Assembly: GCA_009841055.1 (NCBI GenBank)
Contig: VXMN01000112.1
Span: forward strand, 1 to 55,327
DNA: 55,327 bases
Direction: 5' to 3'
From: Acidobacteriota bacterium
Lineage (GTDB): Bacteria > Acidobacteriota > Terriglobia > Versatilivoradales > Versatilivoraceae
In this document: positions 1 through 10,061 of the stretch, piece by piece
Layout of the letters: the number at the start of each line of letters is the position of its first letter
How positions within the stretch are numbered: the stretch's first letter is position 1
Translations under genes and position numbers: made by a program
Notes under the pieces: generated by a model
Told to the model about the DNA's origin: nothing
The model's input: only the letters and a program-made list of their open reading frames with translations
Databases searched by the model: none

Positions 1-513
1 CTCGACCACCACCTCTCCGCCCACGGTCGGAACCCCGAAACAGTTGCCGTATCCGGCGATCCCGGCCACCACCCCCTCCATGATGCGCCGGTTCCGGGGC
101 TGGTCGGGCGGCCCGAAGCGCAGGGAGTTCATGGCAGCGACGGGACGGGCGCCCATGGTAAAGATATCGCGCAAGATCCCTCCGACCCCGGTGGCCGCTC
201 CCTGATAGGGCTCCACGAAGCTGGGATGGTTGTGGGACTCGATCTTGAAGGCCACCGCGTAGCCGTCGCCGATATCGACGATCCCGGCGTTCTCGCCGGG
301 TCCCTGCAGCACCTGGGGGCCTTGGGTGGGCAACCGCTTCAGGTGGAGCCTGGAACTCTTGTAACTGCAGTGTTCGCTCCACATGACGCTGAAGATCCCA
401 AGTTCCGTCAGGTTGGGGGAGCGCTCCAGGATCGACAGGATGCGATCGTATTCGGCACGGGTCAGGTTGTGCTGTTCCAGCACTTCGGCCGTAATCGACG
501 GATTGTCTTGCAT
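1..513 (-). CDS. purL: Phosphoribosylformylglycinamidine synthase subunit PurL (FGAM synthase II), N-terminal part; the gene continues past the window edge
   Basis: Not in the ORF track because it runs off the edge. Manual reverse translation from ATG at 513-511 gives [54 protein letters not shown]..., the conserved PurL N-terminus. It follows purS-purQ on the same strand. Confidence 0.85.
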   Translation of the reverse strand, partial: MQDNPSITAEVLEQHNLTRAEYDRILSILERSPNLTELGIFSVMWSEHCSYKSSRLHLKRLPTQGPQVLQGPGENAGIVDIGDGYAVAFKIESHNHPSFVEPYQGAATGVGGILRDIFTMGARPVAAMNSLRFGPPDQPRNRRIMEGVVAGIAGYGNCFGVPTVGGEVVVE

Positions 514-514
514 T

Positions 515-1210
515 TCAGACCTGGGATCGGGACTGGATCATCGACCGAAAGAGGCGCACCCCGTCCTCGCTGCCCAGCAACGGCTCGCTGGCTCTTTCCG
601 GGTGGGGCATCATTCCCAAAACGTTGCCACTGGAGTTGCAGATCCCGGCCACATTGGCTACCGATCCATTGGGGTTGGCGGCGGCGGTAATCTCACCGTC
701 CGGGGTACAGTAGCGAAAAACCACCTGCCGGTTGCGCTCCAGCTTCCGGAACGCGTCGGCGTCAAGCGCGTAGTTGCCCTCCATATGTCCGATGGGAATG
801 TTCCAGACATCGCCTTCCCTGGCCAGACCGGTAAAGGGAATCCGGGCGTTCTCCACCCGAATCGAGACCTGCCGGCACACATACTTCAGCCCGCGGTTCC
901 TCAGCATGGCTCCCGGCAGCAACCCCGATTCCAGCAGTATCTGGAAACCGTTGCATATGCCCAGGACCAGTCCGCCCCGGTCGGCGAACTGCCGCACCGC
1001 TCCCATCACCGGCGAAAACCGGGCAATGGCCCCGGTGCGCAGATAGTCCCCGTAGGAGAATCCTCCGGGAACGATGATGGCCTGGCAGTCCTTGAGGTCG
1101 GTCGACTGGTGCCAGATAAACTCCGCCGGCTGTCCCATCACCTTGCGAATGGCGTGATAGGCATCGTGCTCGCAATTGCTGCCCGGAAACATCAGCACGC
1201 CGAATTTCAT
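515..1210 (-). CDS. purQ: Phosphoribosylformylglycinamidine synthase I, glutaminase subunit PurQ
   Basis: ORF 515..1288 trimmed to ATG at 1210 ([16 protein letters not shown]...). Class-I amidotransferase motifs GICNGFQ and MPHPER are present. The stop lies 1 nt from the purL start. Confidence 0.93.
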   Translation of the reverse strand: MKFGVLMFPGSNCEHDAYHAIRKVMGQPAEFIWHQSTDLKDCQAIIVPGGFSYGDYLRTGAIARFSPVMGAVRQFADRGGLVLGICNGFQILLESGLLPGAMLRNRGLKYVCRQVSIRVENARIPFTGLAREGDVWNIPIGHMEGNYALDADAFRKLERNRQVVFRYCTPDGEITAAANPNGSVANVAGICNSSGNVLGMMPHPERASEPLLGSEDGVRLFRSMIQSRSQV

Positions 1211-1284
1211 CTCGAACCGTCTCCTGGAAACCGGCCGGAAGGCAGAACCCTTTCCTGCTGGCCGTTCCCCCATTCGGGACGCAA

Positions 1285-1527
1285 TCACTCGATCCGGTAG
1301 CTGAATTCCTCGATCACCGGGTTGGTCAATACGTCCCTGGCTATCTTTTCGACCTCGGCCTGAACTTCTTCCCGGGTCAGATCGGAGGCAAAGTCGATTT
1401 CGAAAAACTTCCCCTGGCGCACCTCGGTGATCTGCCGAAAGCCGATGTTCTGCAGACTGTGATGAATGGTCTTGCCCTGGGGGTCCAGAACGCTCTTTTT
1501 GAGGCTGACGTAAACTCTAGCCCGCAT
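1285..1527 (-). CDS. purS: Phosphoribosylformylglycinamidine synthase subunit PurS
   Basis: 80-aa ORF ([25 protein letters not shown]...) of typical PurS size and sequence, immediately upstream of purQ. Confidence 0.9.
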   Translation of the reverse strand: MRARVYVSLKKSVLDPQGKTIHHSLQNIGFRQITEVRQGKFFEIDFASDLTREEVQAEVEKIARDVLTNPVIEEFSYRIE

Positions 1528-1546
1528 ATCTCACCGGGATCCTTTC

Positions 1547-2842
1547 TTACCCGCCGAAAACCCGCTCGAAAACGGCGTCCACATGGCGCAACTGGTGGTC
1601 CAGATCGAAGCTGGTTTCGATCTCGGATCGGGACAGGTACTTCAGGATTTCCTCGTCCTGAAGCACCAGGCTCTTGAATTCCGTCCCCTCCGACCACACG
1701 CGCATGGCGTTTCGCTGCACCCACCGGTAGGCCTTCTCCCGGCTGACCCCTTTTCGAGTCAGGTCGAGGAGAATCTGTCCGGAAAAGACCAGTCCCTTCA
1801 TCAAGTTCAGGTTCTCCACCATCCTGTCCGGGTAGACCAGCAGCCTTTCCAGCAGCCGGGTGGACTTGGCCAACAGGTAGTCGACCAGAATGGTTGAGTC
1901 CGGCAGAATCACGCGCTCCACCGAGGAGTGGGAAATATCCCGCTCGTGCCACAGCGTGATGTTTTCCAGGCCGGCCAGCAGGTTGGAGCGAACCACCCGG
2001 GCCAGGCCGGAGATCTGTTCGCAGGTCACGGGATTCCTCTTGTGCGGCATTGCCGAAGAACCCTTCTGCCCGGCCGAGAAGTACTCTTCCACCTCCCGGA
2101 CCTCGGTGCGCTGCAGCCCCCGGACCTCGGTGGCGATCTTCTCCAGGCTGGCGGCGATCAGGGCCAGCGCCGACAGGAACTCGGCATGGCGGTCACGTTG
2201 CACGATCTGGGTCGAGACCGGGTCGGGTTGCAGTCCCAGGATGCGGCAAACCGATTCCTCCACGGTGGGATCGAGGTGGGCAAAGGTCCCGACGGCTCCC
2301 GACAACTTCCCCACTCGCACGCATTCGGCCGCGTCCCGCAGCCGCCTCCGGTTGCGGCGAGCTTCTTCGTACCACACGGCCAGCTTGAGGCCCAGCGTGG
2401 TGGGTTCCGCATGAATCCCGTGAGTCCGTCCCACCATGACCGTTCTCTTGAACTCGTGGGCCCGCTTCTCCAGCACCTTAACGAACCGGTCCAGCCCCTC
2501 GACCAGAATTTCCGACGCTTCCTTGAGTTGCAGCGCCAGGGCCGTATCCACCACGTCGGAGGAGGTCAGACCATAGTGAACGTAGCGGGACTCCGGCCCC
2601 ACATGCTCGGCCACCGAGGTGGTGAAGGCGACCACGTCATGCTTGACCTCGCGTTCGATCTCATCGATCCGGTCCACGTCGAAGTCGGCCTTTTCCCGAA
2701 TGACCCGAGCCGCATCCCGGGGGACGACACCCCGCTCGGCCAGGACATCCGTGCAGGCCAGCTCCACTTCCAGCCACTTCCGAAACTTGTTCTCCGGAGA
2801 CCAGATCTGCCCCATGCGGGGCCGGGTATAACGTTCGATCAC
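1547..2842 (-). CDS. purB: Adenylosuccinate lyase
   Basis: 431-aa ORF with the fumarate-lyase signature GSSAMPHKRNP and a PurB-like N-terminus MIERYTRPRMGQIWS. Confidence 0.95.
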   Translation of the reverse strand: MIERYTRPRMGQIWSPENKFRKWLEVELACTDVLAERGVVPRDAARVIREKADFDVDRIDEIEREVKHDVVAFTTSVAEHVGPESRYVHYGLTSSDVVDTALALQLKEASEILVEGLDRFVKVLEKRAHEFKRTVMVGRTHGIHAEPTTLGLKLAVWYEEARRNRRRLRDAAECVRVGKLSGAVGTFAHLDPTVEESVCRILGLQPDPVSTQIVQRDRHAEFLSALALIAASLEKIATEVRGLQRTEVREVEEYFSAGQKGSSAMPHKRNPVTCEQISGLARVVRSNLLAGLENITLWHERDISHSSVERVILPDSTILVDYLLAKSTRLLERLLVYPDRMVENLNLMKGLVFSGQILLDLTRKGVSREKAYRWVQRNAMRVWSEGTEFKSLVLQDEEILKYLSRSEIETSFDLDHQLRHVDAVFERVFGG

Positions 2843-2868
2843 GGTGGGAATTCCTCCTGAAAAGCGGG

Positions 2869-3666
2869 CTAAATGCGGATGACCCTGCTCGGACCGGAGC
2901 GGGATGCCAAGAGCAGGTTTTTCGGGTCAAAGCCCTTTTTCCCCAAGGCTTTACCGGCGACCATGCGCGCGATATCGGGATGGTTGTTGTTCTCGCTCAG
3001 GTGAGCCAGCAGGATATAGGCGGCCTTTCCGTCAAAGTCTTCCTCGAAGAATTTCCCGACGCTCTCGTTGGAAAGATGGCCATGGCGACTCATGATCCGT
3101 TGCTTCACCGCCCAGGGATAGGGGCTGAGGCGCAGCATTTCCAGGTCATGGTTGGACTCCAGGACCAGCACGTCGCTCCCTGCCATGCGTTGACGCACCA
3201 AACCGGTGAGGACACCCAGATCCATCACATGAGAGATCTTGACTCCCTCGGCTTCCAGGTTGAAGGCCAGGGGATCGGCAGCATCGTGGGGAACGGAAAA
3301 CGGGGAAATCTTCAAGTCGCCAATTTGAAACGACTCTCCCGAGCGGAGGCATTCCCTCCGTTTCAGCACCGGCTTCAGCGAGAGCGCCTCGTAGGTCGCA
3401 TCTCCGACGAAGGTGAGAATATCACAGGTCTTCAGGAGCCCCGCCAGGCCCTTGACGTGGTCGCTGTGCTCGTGGGAAATGACCAGGGCATCGATGTCTT
3501 CCAGCCGTTCTCCAATGGCCAGCAGCCTCCTGGCCGTCTGAGCCCGACTGAAGCCCGCATCCAGGAGCACCTTGACTCTTCCGGTGGCAATAAAGGTACA
3601 GTTGCCGGAACTCCCGCTGCCCAGAACTGATACCGTAACCGCCACTGTTGCCCCGCCCGGCCTCAC
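2869..3666 (-). CDS. MBL-fold metallo-hydrolase (YycJ/beta-lactamase-superfamily-like)
   Basis: 265-aa ORF with the HxHxDH motif (ISHEHSDHVKG). GTG start, so the start position is uncertain. Confidence 0.8.
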   Translation of the reverse strand: MRPGGATVAVTVSVLGSGSSGNCTFIATGRVKVLLDAGFSRAQTARRLLAIGERLEDIDALVISHEHSDHVKGLAGLLKTCDILTFVGDATYEALSLKPVLKRRECLRSGESFQIGDLKISPFSVPHDAADPLAFNLEAEGVKISHVMDLGVLTGLVRQRMAGSDVLVLESNHDLEMLRLSPYPWAVKQRIMSRHGHLSNESVGKFFEEDFDGKAAYILLAHLSENNNHPDIARMVAGKALGKKGFDPKNLLLASRSGPSRVIRI

Positions 3667-3711
3667 CAGTGGAAAATCAATGAGCTTCCTGACCGTGCCT
3701 GGACCTCCCGT

Positions 3712-4980
3712 TCATCCGCAATCCAGGTCGGCGCGGCTGAATCGGACTCCCTCCAGGTTGCCCAGCACGGTGAGCGCCACCTGGCGAGTGTCGAAAACCG
3801 AACAAGCCAGCCCCTGAACCTCATCAGCGGACACTCGATCGATTTCCAGAATCGTCTGCTGCGGAGGCGTGTAGTCCCCGAAATAGAGTTCCTGCCGCGC
3901 CAGGTTGGACATGCGGCTGGAACTGGATTCCAGGCTCAGCAGCAGGCTCCCCTTCAGGTGATCCTTGGCGCGCCGGAGTTCCTCATCCTGGACTCGATGT
4001 TCCTTGAGGTCGCGAAACTCGCGCACGATGGAACCGACCACCCTGCCGGCGTTCTCGAGGGAGGTTCCCGCGAAAACCGATAGACAGCCGGTATCCCGGA
4101 ACGAACTCAATCCCGAGTAGACGGCATAGGCCAGACCCTGTTTCTCCCTGATGTTCTGAAAGAGACGCGAACTCATTCCGGCTCCCAGGATGGTGCTCAA
4201 CAGGTAGAACGCGAAGCGGTCGCGGTCGGTGAGGGCGCAGCCGGGCACCCCCATGCAGATGTGGGCCTGTTCCAGCTCTTTCTTGGTGCGCAACGAGATG
4301 GGATTGCAAGGCTTGGCCGGGGCCGGGGCGCGCCCGTTCGACCGGCCTTCCAGGTGGCCGAAATGCTGCAGGGCCAGGTCCAGGATGTTGCGGTGGTCCA
4401 GGTGGCCCGCGGCCGAGACCACCAGTTGATCCGGAGTGTAGTGCTCACGAAAAAAACCCGCCACCCGGTCCCGGTCCAGGCCGCTGACGGTCCGGCTGGT
4501 TCCCAGGATCGGCCGTCCCAGCGGTTGGTCCCTCCAGAAGTTCTGGGTGAAGATCTCGCAAACCAGGTCGTCCGGACTGTCTTCCTCCATCTTGATCTCC
4601 TCCAGAACGACGCAGCGTTCCCGCTCCATCTCATCGGGATCGAACCGCGGGTTGAGGACGAGATCCGCAAGAATGTCGAATGCCAGGGGAAGGTGGTCAT
4701 CCAGCACCTTGGCGCTGTAACAGGTGGTTTCCTTTCCCGTGAAGGCATCCAGGTGGCCGCCGATCGAGTCCACCTCCTTGGCGATTGCTTCGGCCGTGCG
4801 CCGCCGGGTGCCCTTGAACAGCAGGTGCTCCACGAAATGGGCCACACCGTTCAGATCGGAGGTTTCGCTGCGAGAGCCGGTCTTTACCCAGACTCCCAGG
4901 GAAACGGAACGGACATGAGGCATGCGCTCGGTCAGAACGGTGAGCCCATTGTCCAACACGTCCTTATTGACATTCTCCAT
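3712..4980 (-). CDS. M16-family (pitrilysin/insulinase-like) zinc peptidase
   Basis: 422-aa ORF with the inverted zinc motif HxxEH (GVAHFVEHLLFKG) near the N-terminus. Confidence 0.9.
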   Translation of the reverse strand: MENVNKDVLDNGLTVLTERMPHVRSVSLGVWVKTGSRSETSDLNGVAHFVEHLLFKGTRRRTAEAIAKEVDSIGGHLDAFTGKETTCYSAKVLDDHLPLAFDILADLVLNPRFDPDEMERERCVVLEEIKMEEDSPDDLVCEIFTQNFWRDQPLGRPILGTSRTVSGLDRDRVAGFFREHYTPDQLVVSAAGHLDHRNILDLALQHFGHLEGRSNGRAPAPAKPCNPISLRTKKELEQAHICMGVPGCALTDRDRFAFYLLSTILGAGMSSRLFQNIREKQGLAYAVYSGLSSFRDTGCLSVFAGTSLENAGRVVGSIVREFRDLKEHRVQDEELRRAKDHLKGSLLLSLESSSSRMSNLARQELYFGDYTPPQQTILEIDRVSADEVQGLACSVFDTRQVALTVLGNLEGVRFSRADLDCG

Positions 4981-5282
4981 GGAGTCCGTGTCCCGAGGGT
5001 GCGAACTGGATTGTTCCGGAAGACTCGAATGTGGCTGCGGCAGTGGGAAAATGGGTCGCGCCGCGCGGGTGATCGCTTAAGTTGAAAAGCTAACACAACC
5101 CTGGCGGGTTTTCAACGGAAAACTGCGGCAGGTTTCCATTCTGACTCTGTAGGATAACCTATTTAGAATCAGTGTATTATTCCGACATCCCTTCAGTCCG
5201 GCCCAGGCGATGCCTGCCCCCGTTCGGGCCTTCAAAAGCCGGCCGGCATTTCTGATCGGGCCCCTGGTCGCAAAGTGTGCAT

Positions 5283-6434
5283 TCACCCCTCCCCGAACAG
5301 GGGACGCTGGCCAGACTGCTCCGGGCCGGCGGAGGTCAGGTCTTCGGCATGGGAAAAGCCGCTTTCCAGCAGTTCGCGGGCTTTCGCGTTCGATTCCAGG
5401 GGAATCGTCCGGGCGCCCTCCACTCCCGGAATGATGACCAGCGTCTGCTGGATTGCACTTCTCTTGTCTCGCAACAGCTCCGGAGAATGGGTGCTCAGCA
5501 GGGTCTGCCTTCCGGTGCGGCGCTGGACCCGGGCCAGCATCTTCGGCAGTGCCCGGACCATGCCGGGATGGAGCGAGACTTCCGGTTCCTCGAGCAACAA
5601 TGGTCCCTCTTTCTCCATGGCCGACCAGAAGAGGCCGATCAGCCTCAGAGTGCCGCCGGAGAACTGCTCTTCCGTTTGCCAGGCGCCCTGGGGGCGCCAG
5701 TGACGGTATTTACCGCGAAGATGGGGTGTCCCCCGGGAATCGCGCCACAGGTCGATGGCCTCCAGTTGCGGCACCGCCATCTGAAGCGCCTTCCCGATCT
5801 GCCGGAGCCGCGCATTTCGGGTGCGTTCCCGGACCCCGGCGACCTGCTCCAGGAAGTCGCCCCCAAGGGGATTGTTAGCGCCTCCCCCCGAACGGTCAGG
5901 GTCACGGCGAAGTTGGGGGGCGATGTGCAGGTAGCGAATGGAGGCCAAGAAGGCGGACAACTCGCGAAAGTCCCGGTTGGCGTTCACCTGTTCCAGGCTG
6001 GTCTGGGTGAGACGTTCGGGATCGGCGTAATCCTGATCATCGGGACGCTTGATCAGCTCCACGCAATCGCGCAAGACCCGCTCCCTGCCAATCAGGGGCC
6101 GCCTTTGTCGGTCGTGGTGCAAACCCAGCTCGTAGTTCCACTGAATCCCTGCCTTTTCCTCGATCAATTCAACCCCGATCTCGACCACGGACTGCCTGCG
6201 GGCCGCCAGGCAGCGAATGGCGCTCACCCCGCCCCGCCGAGCCACGGCCTGCTGAAAGCCGCCACCCGGAGCAGCCAGGTCCCGCAGGAAGCGGAAGGCA
6301 TCCAGAAAGTTGGATTTTCCCGACGCATTGGGGCCGATCAGACACAGACGGTCCGGGATGGACACCTCGATGCCGGTGAAGTTTCGCCAATTCCTTAGCC
6401 GCAGTCGCCGGAAACGCAGGTTTGCGCCCATCAC
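5283..6434 (-). CDS. Stand-alone ABC/SMC-type AAA ATPase (AAA_15/AAA_21-like; OLD/AriA/RloA-like ATPase fold) with no partner gene
   Basis: 383-aa ORF with Walker A GPNASGKS, a signature-like FSGGT, Walker B/D-loop LLLEEPEVSLHP and H-loop LSTHSPELL. GGAGG lies 5 nt upstream of the ATG. Confidence 0.8.
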   Translation of the reverse strand: MMGANLRFRRLRLRNWRNFTGIEVSIPDRLCLIGPNASGKSNFLDAFRFLRDLAAPGGGFQQAVARRGGVSAIRCLAARRQSVVEIGVELIEEKAGIQWNYELGLHHDRQRRPLIGRERVLRDCVELIKRPDDQDYADPERLTQTSLEQVNANRDFRELSAFLASIRYLHIAPQLRRDPDRSGGGANNPLGGDFLEQVAGVRERTRNARLRQIGKALQMAVPQLEAIDLWRDSRGTPHLRGKYRHWRPQGAWQTEEQFSGGTLRLIGLFWSAMEKEGPLLLEEPEVSLHPGMVRALPKMLARVQRRTGRQTLLSTHSPELLRDKRSAIQQTLVIIPGVEGARTIPLESNAKARELLESGFSHAEDLTSAGPEQSGQRPLFGEG

Positions 6435-6668
6435 ACCTCCGACGCAACAGGCCCTGCATGAGGGCGGGCCTTCCGCCCTTCCGCGCCAAAACTCTCGGAC
6501 GCTTCACGCCGTGGACCGGGTCGTTGAGTCAAGCCGGAAATATAGCACCGAACACCACCGGCAACCAATAGCGACTCCCCTGCTCCGGAGCCGATTGCGC
6601 AATCTCCAATCCCTCTGTTATCATCCCCGTTCCGGTTTGAACCGATTGAAAACAGGAGACTTCCCGCA

Positions 6669-7775
6669 ATGGCTGCTTCCAGGGGCGAGCTCTTGGGGCT
6701 GACCGAAGACGAACTGGCTGCCCTGATGGTCGATTGGGGCGAGAAACCCTATCGCGGACGCCAGCTCTACCAGGCCCTATACCGCCGAAGGCAACTGGAT
6801 CCGGGATCGATGACCGAATTCTCCAGGTCCCTCCGGCGGAAGCTTGCAAGCTGCACCATTACACTGCCCCGGCTGCATAGGCGTCAGTTGGCGGCCGACG
6901 GCACCGAGAAATACCTGCTTGAGCTGACGGACGGGGAGAAGATCGAGTGCGTCCTGATCCCTGAGCGAAAGCGCAACACCCTGTGTATTTCAACTCAGGC
7001 GGGCTGTCCTCTGGATTGCCGCTTCTGCTTGACGGCCATGTTGGGGTTCAGGCGCAACCTCGACCCGGGGGAGATCCTGGGGCAGATCCTCTACGTGCTT
7101 GGTGACAAAGACCTTGCAATGGGTTCAACGGGAGATGGCAGCCGACCCGCACTCACCAACCTGGTGCTGATGGGAATGGGCGAGCCCCTTCTCAATCTCG
7201 ACAGTGTCCTCAAGTCCCTGATCATCCTGGCCGATCCCGGAGGACTGGCTCTTTCTCCACGCAGGATCACACTGTCGACGGTGGGGCTGGTGCCCCAGTT
7301 GAGGAAACTGGCCCGGGCACCCGTAGTACCCAACCTGGCCATCTCGCTTTCCGCCACCACCGATGAGGTTCGTGACCGGCTGATGCCCGTCAACCGAAGG
7401 TATCCCATTGAGGCTGTCCTGCAGGCCTGCGCCGATTATCCTCTGAAAGGAAACCAGCGGGTGACCTTCGAGTATGTCCTCATGGACGGAGTCAATGACA
7501 GCGACGACGATGCCCGGCGGCTGGTCAAACTGCTGGCCCCCCTCCGCTCGAAGGTCAACCTGCTTCCACTGAACCCCGGCAATGCCAACGGATTGAAACC
7601 CTCGCCCCCCGATCGGGTCAAACGCTTTCGGGAGATCCTCGCCGGCAAGAGCCTGCCGGCCTATGTCCGGAAACCGAGAGGAATGGAAATCTTTGCCGCT
7701 TGCGGCCAACTGCACCTGGCGGCCGATCAATTGTCCCGAACCACCCGCACCTCGCGGCTGGACACCAACCGGTAG
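6669..7775 (+). CDS. rlmN: 23S rRNA/tRNA (adenine2503-C2)-methyltransferase RlmN (radical SAM)
   Basis: 368-aa ORF with the radical SAM cluster motif GCPLDCRFCLT and a conserved MGMGEPL segment. Confidence 0.93.
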   Translation: MAASRGELLGLTEDELAALMVDWGEKPYRGRQLYQALYRRRQLDPGSMTEFSRSLRRKLASCTITLPRLHRRQLAADGTEKYLLELTDGEKIECVLIPERKRNTLCISTQAGCPLDCRFCLTAMLGFRRNLDPGEILGQILYVLGDKDLAMGSTGDGSRPALTNLVLMGMGEPLLNLDSVLKSLIILADPGGLALSPRRITLSTVGLVPQLRKLARAPVVPNLAISLSATTDEVRDRLMPVNRRYPIEAVLQACADYPLKGNQRVTFEYVLMDGVNDSDDDARRLVKLLAPLRSKVNLLPLNPGNANGLKPSPPDRVKRFREILAGKSLPAYVRKPRGMEIFAACGQLHLAADQLSRTTRTSRLDTNR

Positions 7776-8950
7776 CGCACCCGGCGCCACACGATGGAGG
7801 AGGTAAACAGGGAGACTGCAAGATTGCAGGCGGTCAGCGTCGCCGCCAGCGGCCCCAGAAACAGGTATCCCCAAAAGTCCCGCTTGAGCCTCTCCCGCTG
7901 CTCGGGGCGGATCCGGCAAATCATTCTCCAGCGGAACAGACCGCGAACGGCGCCCAGAAACCAGACCATCCCCAACAAGAGCAGCAGCGGGGCGCCCTGC
8001 AACCAGCGGATCTCGATCGCTCCCCCCAACCCCAGGGCCGAGGCCAGCAGCTCACCCAGCGTCCACCACCAGAACAGCACGAAGGGCCACTCCGAGAGCA
8101 GCGCCAGCCTCCAGCGGCCCGGCGAGTAAACCTTGGTAATGATGATTTGCCGTGTGGACCATTCCAGCAGCTCTCTCCAGGTGCAGTCCCCATGGGAGGC
8201 CACCAGACACCGAGGTTGAAAGTGGACCCGCAGGCCCGCCGCATTCACCGCCTCCGTGAGGGAATAGTCGTCACTGATGGACTGTCGCCAATAAGCCGGG
8301 ACGTCGATTGCCGCAAAGGTCGACCGCCGGATGGCCATCGAGCCTCCCCAGGCGAAGTTGTGACGGTGCTCCCCCAACAATGTGGCTATGGAGCTGTTCC
8401 AGGTGGCCCGCAAGAGGCTGGCCAGGTTTCCCCTGCGCGGGAAGAACCACCGGTATCCGGTGGAGGCTCCCACTTGCGGGTCCCCCAAGGGCGCCAGGAG
8501 GTCCCGCAGCCAATGGCGGTGCGGCCTTCCGTCCGAGTCTGCGAAAACCAGAACCTCCGAACCCGGATCCACCTGGTCCAGCGCCCTCAGGAGGCTGTGT
8601 ACCTTCTCTCCCCGCTGGTCCGAGAGCCCGGACACCACGAACTTGACCCGCCGGCCGGGAAATTTCCGGGCCGCCCGGCGCAGGTCCGCCAGCGAGGGAT
8701 CGGACTCGGTGGAGGTCACGAAGATGACCTCGCAGTCTTCAAATTCCTGGTCCAGGATGGCTTCCATGTTCTCCTGCAACTCGAAATCGGTCCCCTTGCA
8801 GGGAACGATCACGGAAGCCGGAGGCGTCCAGACGGGGGGTGTTCGTGACAACTGGCGGTTGAGATAGCGCTGGTAGCTCAGGCTGTGCAGTGCGCCGAGC
8901 AAGCCCTTGAGGAGAACCACGCCGGCAAGAAGGAGGAAAAATAATTCCAT
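7727..8950 (-). CDS. Membrane glycosyltransferase, family 21/2-like (ceramide glucosyltransferase / HpnI-like)
   Basis: 407-aa ORF with an N-terminal TM, VIVPCKG, FADSD and ISDDY motifs, and C-terminal TM segments. Its 3' end overlaps the rlmN 3' end by 49 bp (convergent). Confidence 0.8.
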   Translation of the reverse strand: MELFFLLLAGVVLLKGLLGALHSLSYQRYLNRQLSRTPPVWTPPASVIVPCKGTDFELQENMEAILDQEFEDCEVIFVTSTESDPSLADLRRAARKFPGRRVKFVVSGLSDQRGEKVHSLLRALDQVDPGSEVLVFADSDGRPHRHWLRDLLAPLGDPQVGASTGYRWFFPRRGNLASLLRATWNSSIATLLGEHRHNFAWGGSMAIRRSTFAAIDVPAYWRQSISDDYSLTEAVNAAGLRVHFQPRCLVASHGDCTWRELLEWSTRQIIITKVYSPGRWRLALLSEWPFVLFWWWTLGELLASALGLGGAIEIRWLQGAPLLLLLGMVWFLGAVRGLFRWRMICRIRPEQRERLKRDFWGYLFLGPLAATLTACNLAVSLFTSSIVWRRVRYRLVSSREVRVVRDN

Positions 8951-8987
8951 GAAGGGGAAACTGCGGCCTCGGCTTGGGGAGACGGGG

Positions 8988-10055
8988 CTATTCCCAGCGA
9001 AAAACCTTCACCGCCGCCCAGACCGAGACGATGCTCCACAGTGCCAGACCGGCCAACTGGAGCCAGAGAGCGGGAAGAGTCGAACCTTCCAGCACAATGC
9101 TTCGCATGCCGTCGGCCAGGTAGGTCAGGGGGAAGAATTCGGTGACCAGCCGAACCGGCTCCGGCAGATTGGAGCGGCTGAAGAAAACCCCCGAGAGGAG
9201 CATCATGGGAAGCGAAACCACGTTGGCCAGGGGGACGACCTGATCTTCCGTCCTGGCGATCCCGGCCAGGAAGAAGCCGATGGCCAGGAACACGGCTCCG
9301 CCCAACAGACCCATGGCGAAAAGATCCAGCAGACTTCCCAGGAACTGCAGGTCGAAGAAGACAATCCCCACCCCTACCAGGACAACGATCTGGGTCAGCA
9401 AGACCATCAGCCGCATGGCCACCTGGGCCGCGATGAAGTCCTGGGGTCTCATGGGAGTCACCGACAGTCGGCGAAGGACCCCCCGTTTTCTGAGCGCAAC
9501 GAATCCGAAGGCCACCCCGAAAATGCCACTCTGCATGATGGCCAGGGACAGCACCCCGGGAAGCAGGAAGTCGATATAGCTGGAGCGGCGACTGGCGACC
9601 GATTGAAGGGTCATTGGGACTCGACCGGGCGCCGTATGCATCCTGAAAGTCTCATCGTCCAGCACCTTGCGCAGGATGAGCAGCCCCAACTGGGTTTCCT
9701 CCGGCGTGCCGTCATTGACCAGAACCCTCAGTTCCTTCCCGCTGGCGGCATGGAATTGCTCGGGAAGGACAAGAACCAGGTGGCGCTTGCCGGCCGTGAG
9801 CTGTTCCAGTTCGGAGCTCTCGGACCCGCGGGTGACCTGAACCGTCCGGACCTCCCCGAGCTGCCCGGCGAGCTGCCCGGCCGGCTCATCCTCCCCGCCT
9901 GCCACTCCGATCCGAATTTTCCCCAAACCCTCGAAACTGACGAATCCGAACAGGAACACCATGAAGAGCGGCAGCAACATGGTCCAGATGATGGCTTCCT
10001 TCTGTCGGGTGAACATCTTCAGAGAGGCCACCGTCAATTTCCATCGAAGCCGCAT
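8988..10055 (-). CDS. ABC-2 type transporter permease
   Basis: 355-aa ORF with one N-terminal TM, a large loop and then about 5 TMs, which is ABC-2 exporter architecture. It lies directly downstream of an ABC ATPase. Confidence 0.85.
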   Translation of the reverse strand: MRLRWKLTVASLKMFTRQKEAIIWTMLLPLFMVFLFGFVSFEGLGKIRIGVAGGEDEPAGQLAGQLGEVRTVQVTRGSESSELEQLTAGKRHLVLVLPEQFHAASGKELRVLVNDGTPEETQLGLLILRKVLDDETFRMHTAPGRVPMTLQSVASRRSSYIDFLLPGVLSLAIMQSGIFGVAFGFVALRKRGVLRRLSVTPMRPQDFIAAQVAMRLMVLLTQIVVLVGVGIVFFDLQFLGSLLDLFAMGLLGGAVFLAIGFFLAGIARTEDQVVPLANVVSLPMMLLSGVFFSRSNLPEPVRLVTEFFPLTYLADGMRSIVLEGSTLPALWLQLAGLALWSIVSVWAAVKVFRWE

Positions 10056-10061
10056 ATTGGG

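Noticed and set aside
5077-5286. 69-aa GTG ORF overlapping the stop of the orphan ATPase, considered as a possible partner gene.
   Set aside because: It is an Arg/Gly-rich sequence with no motif. It lies in a lower-GC region with promoter-like features for the M16 peptidase gene (TTGAAA-N17-TAGCTT on the minus strand). At best it is a decayed remnant.
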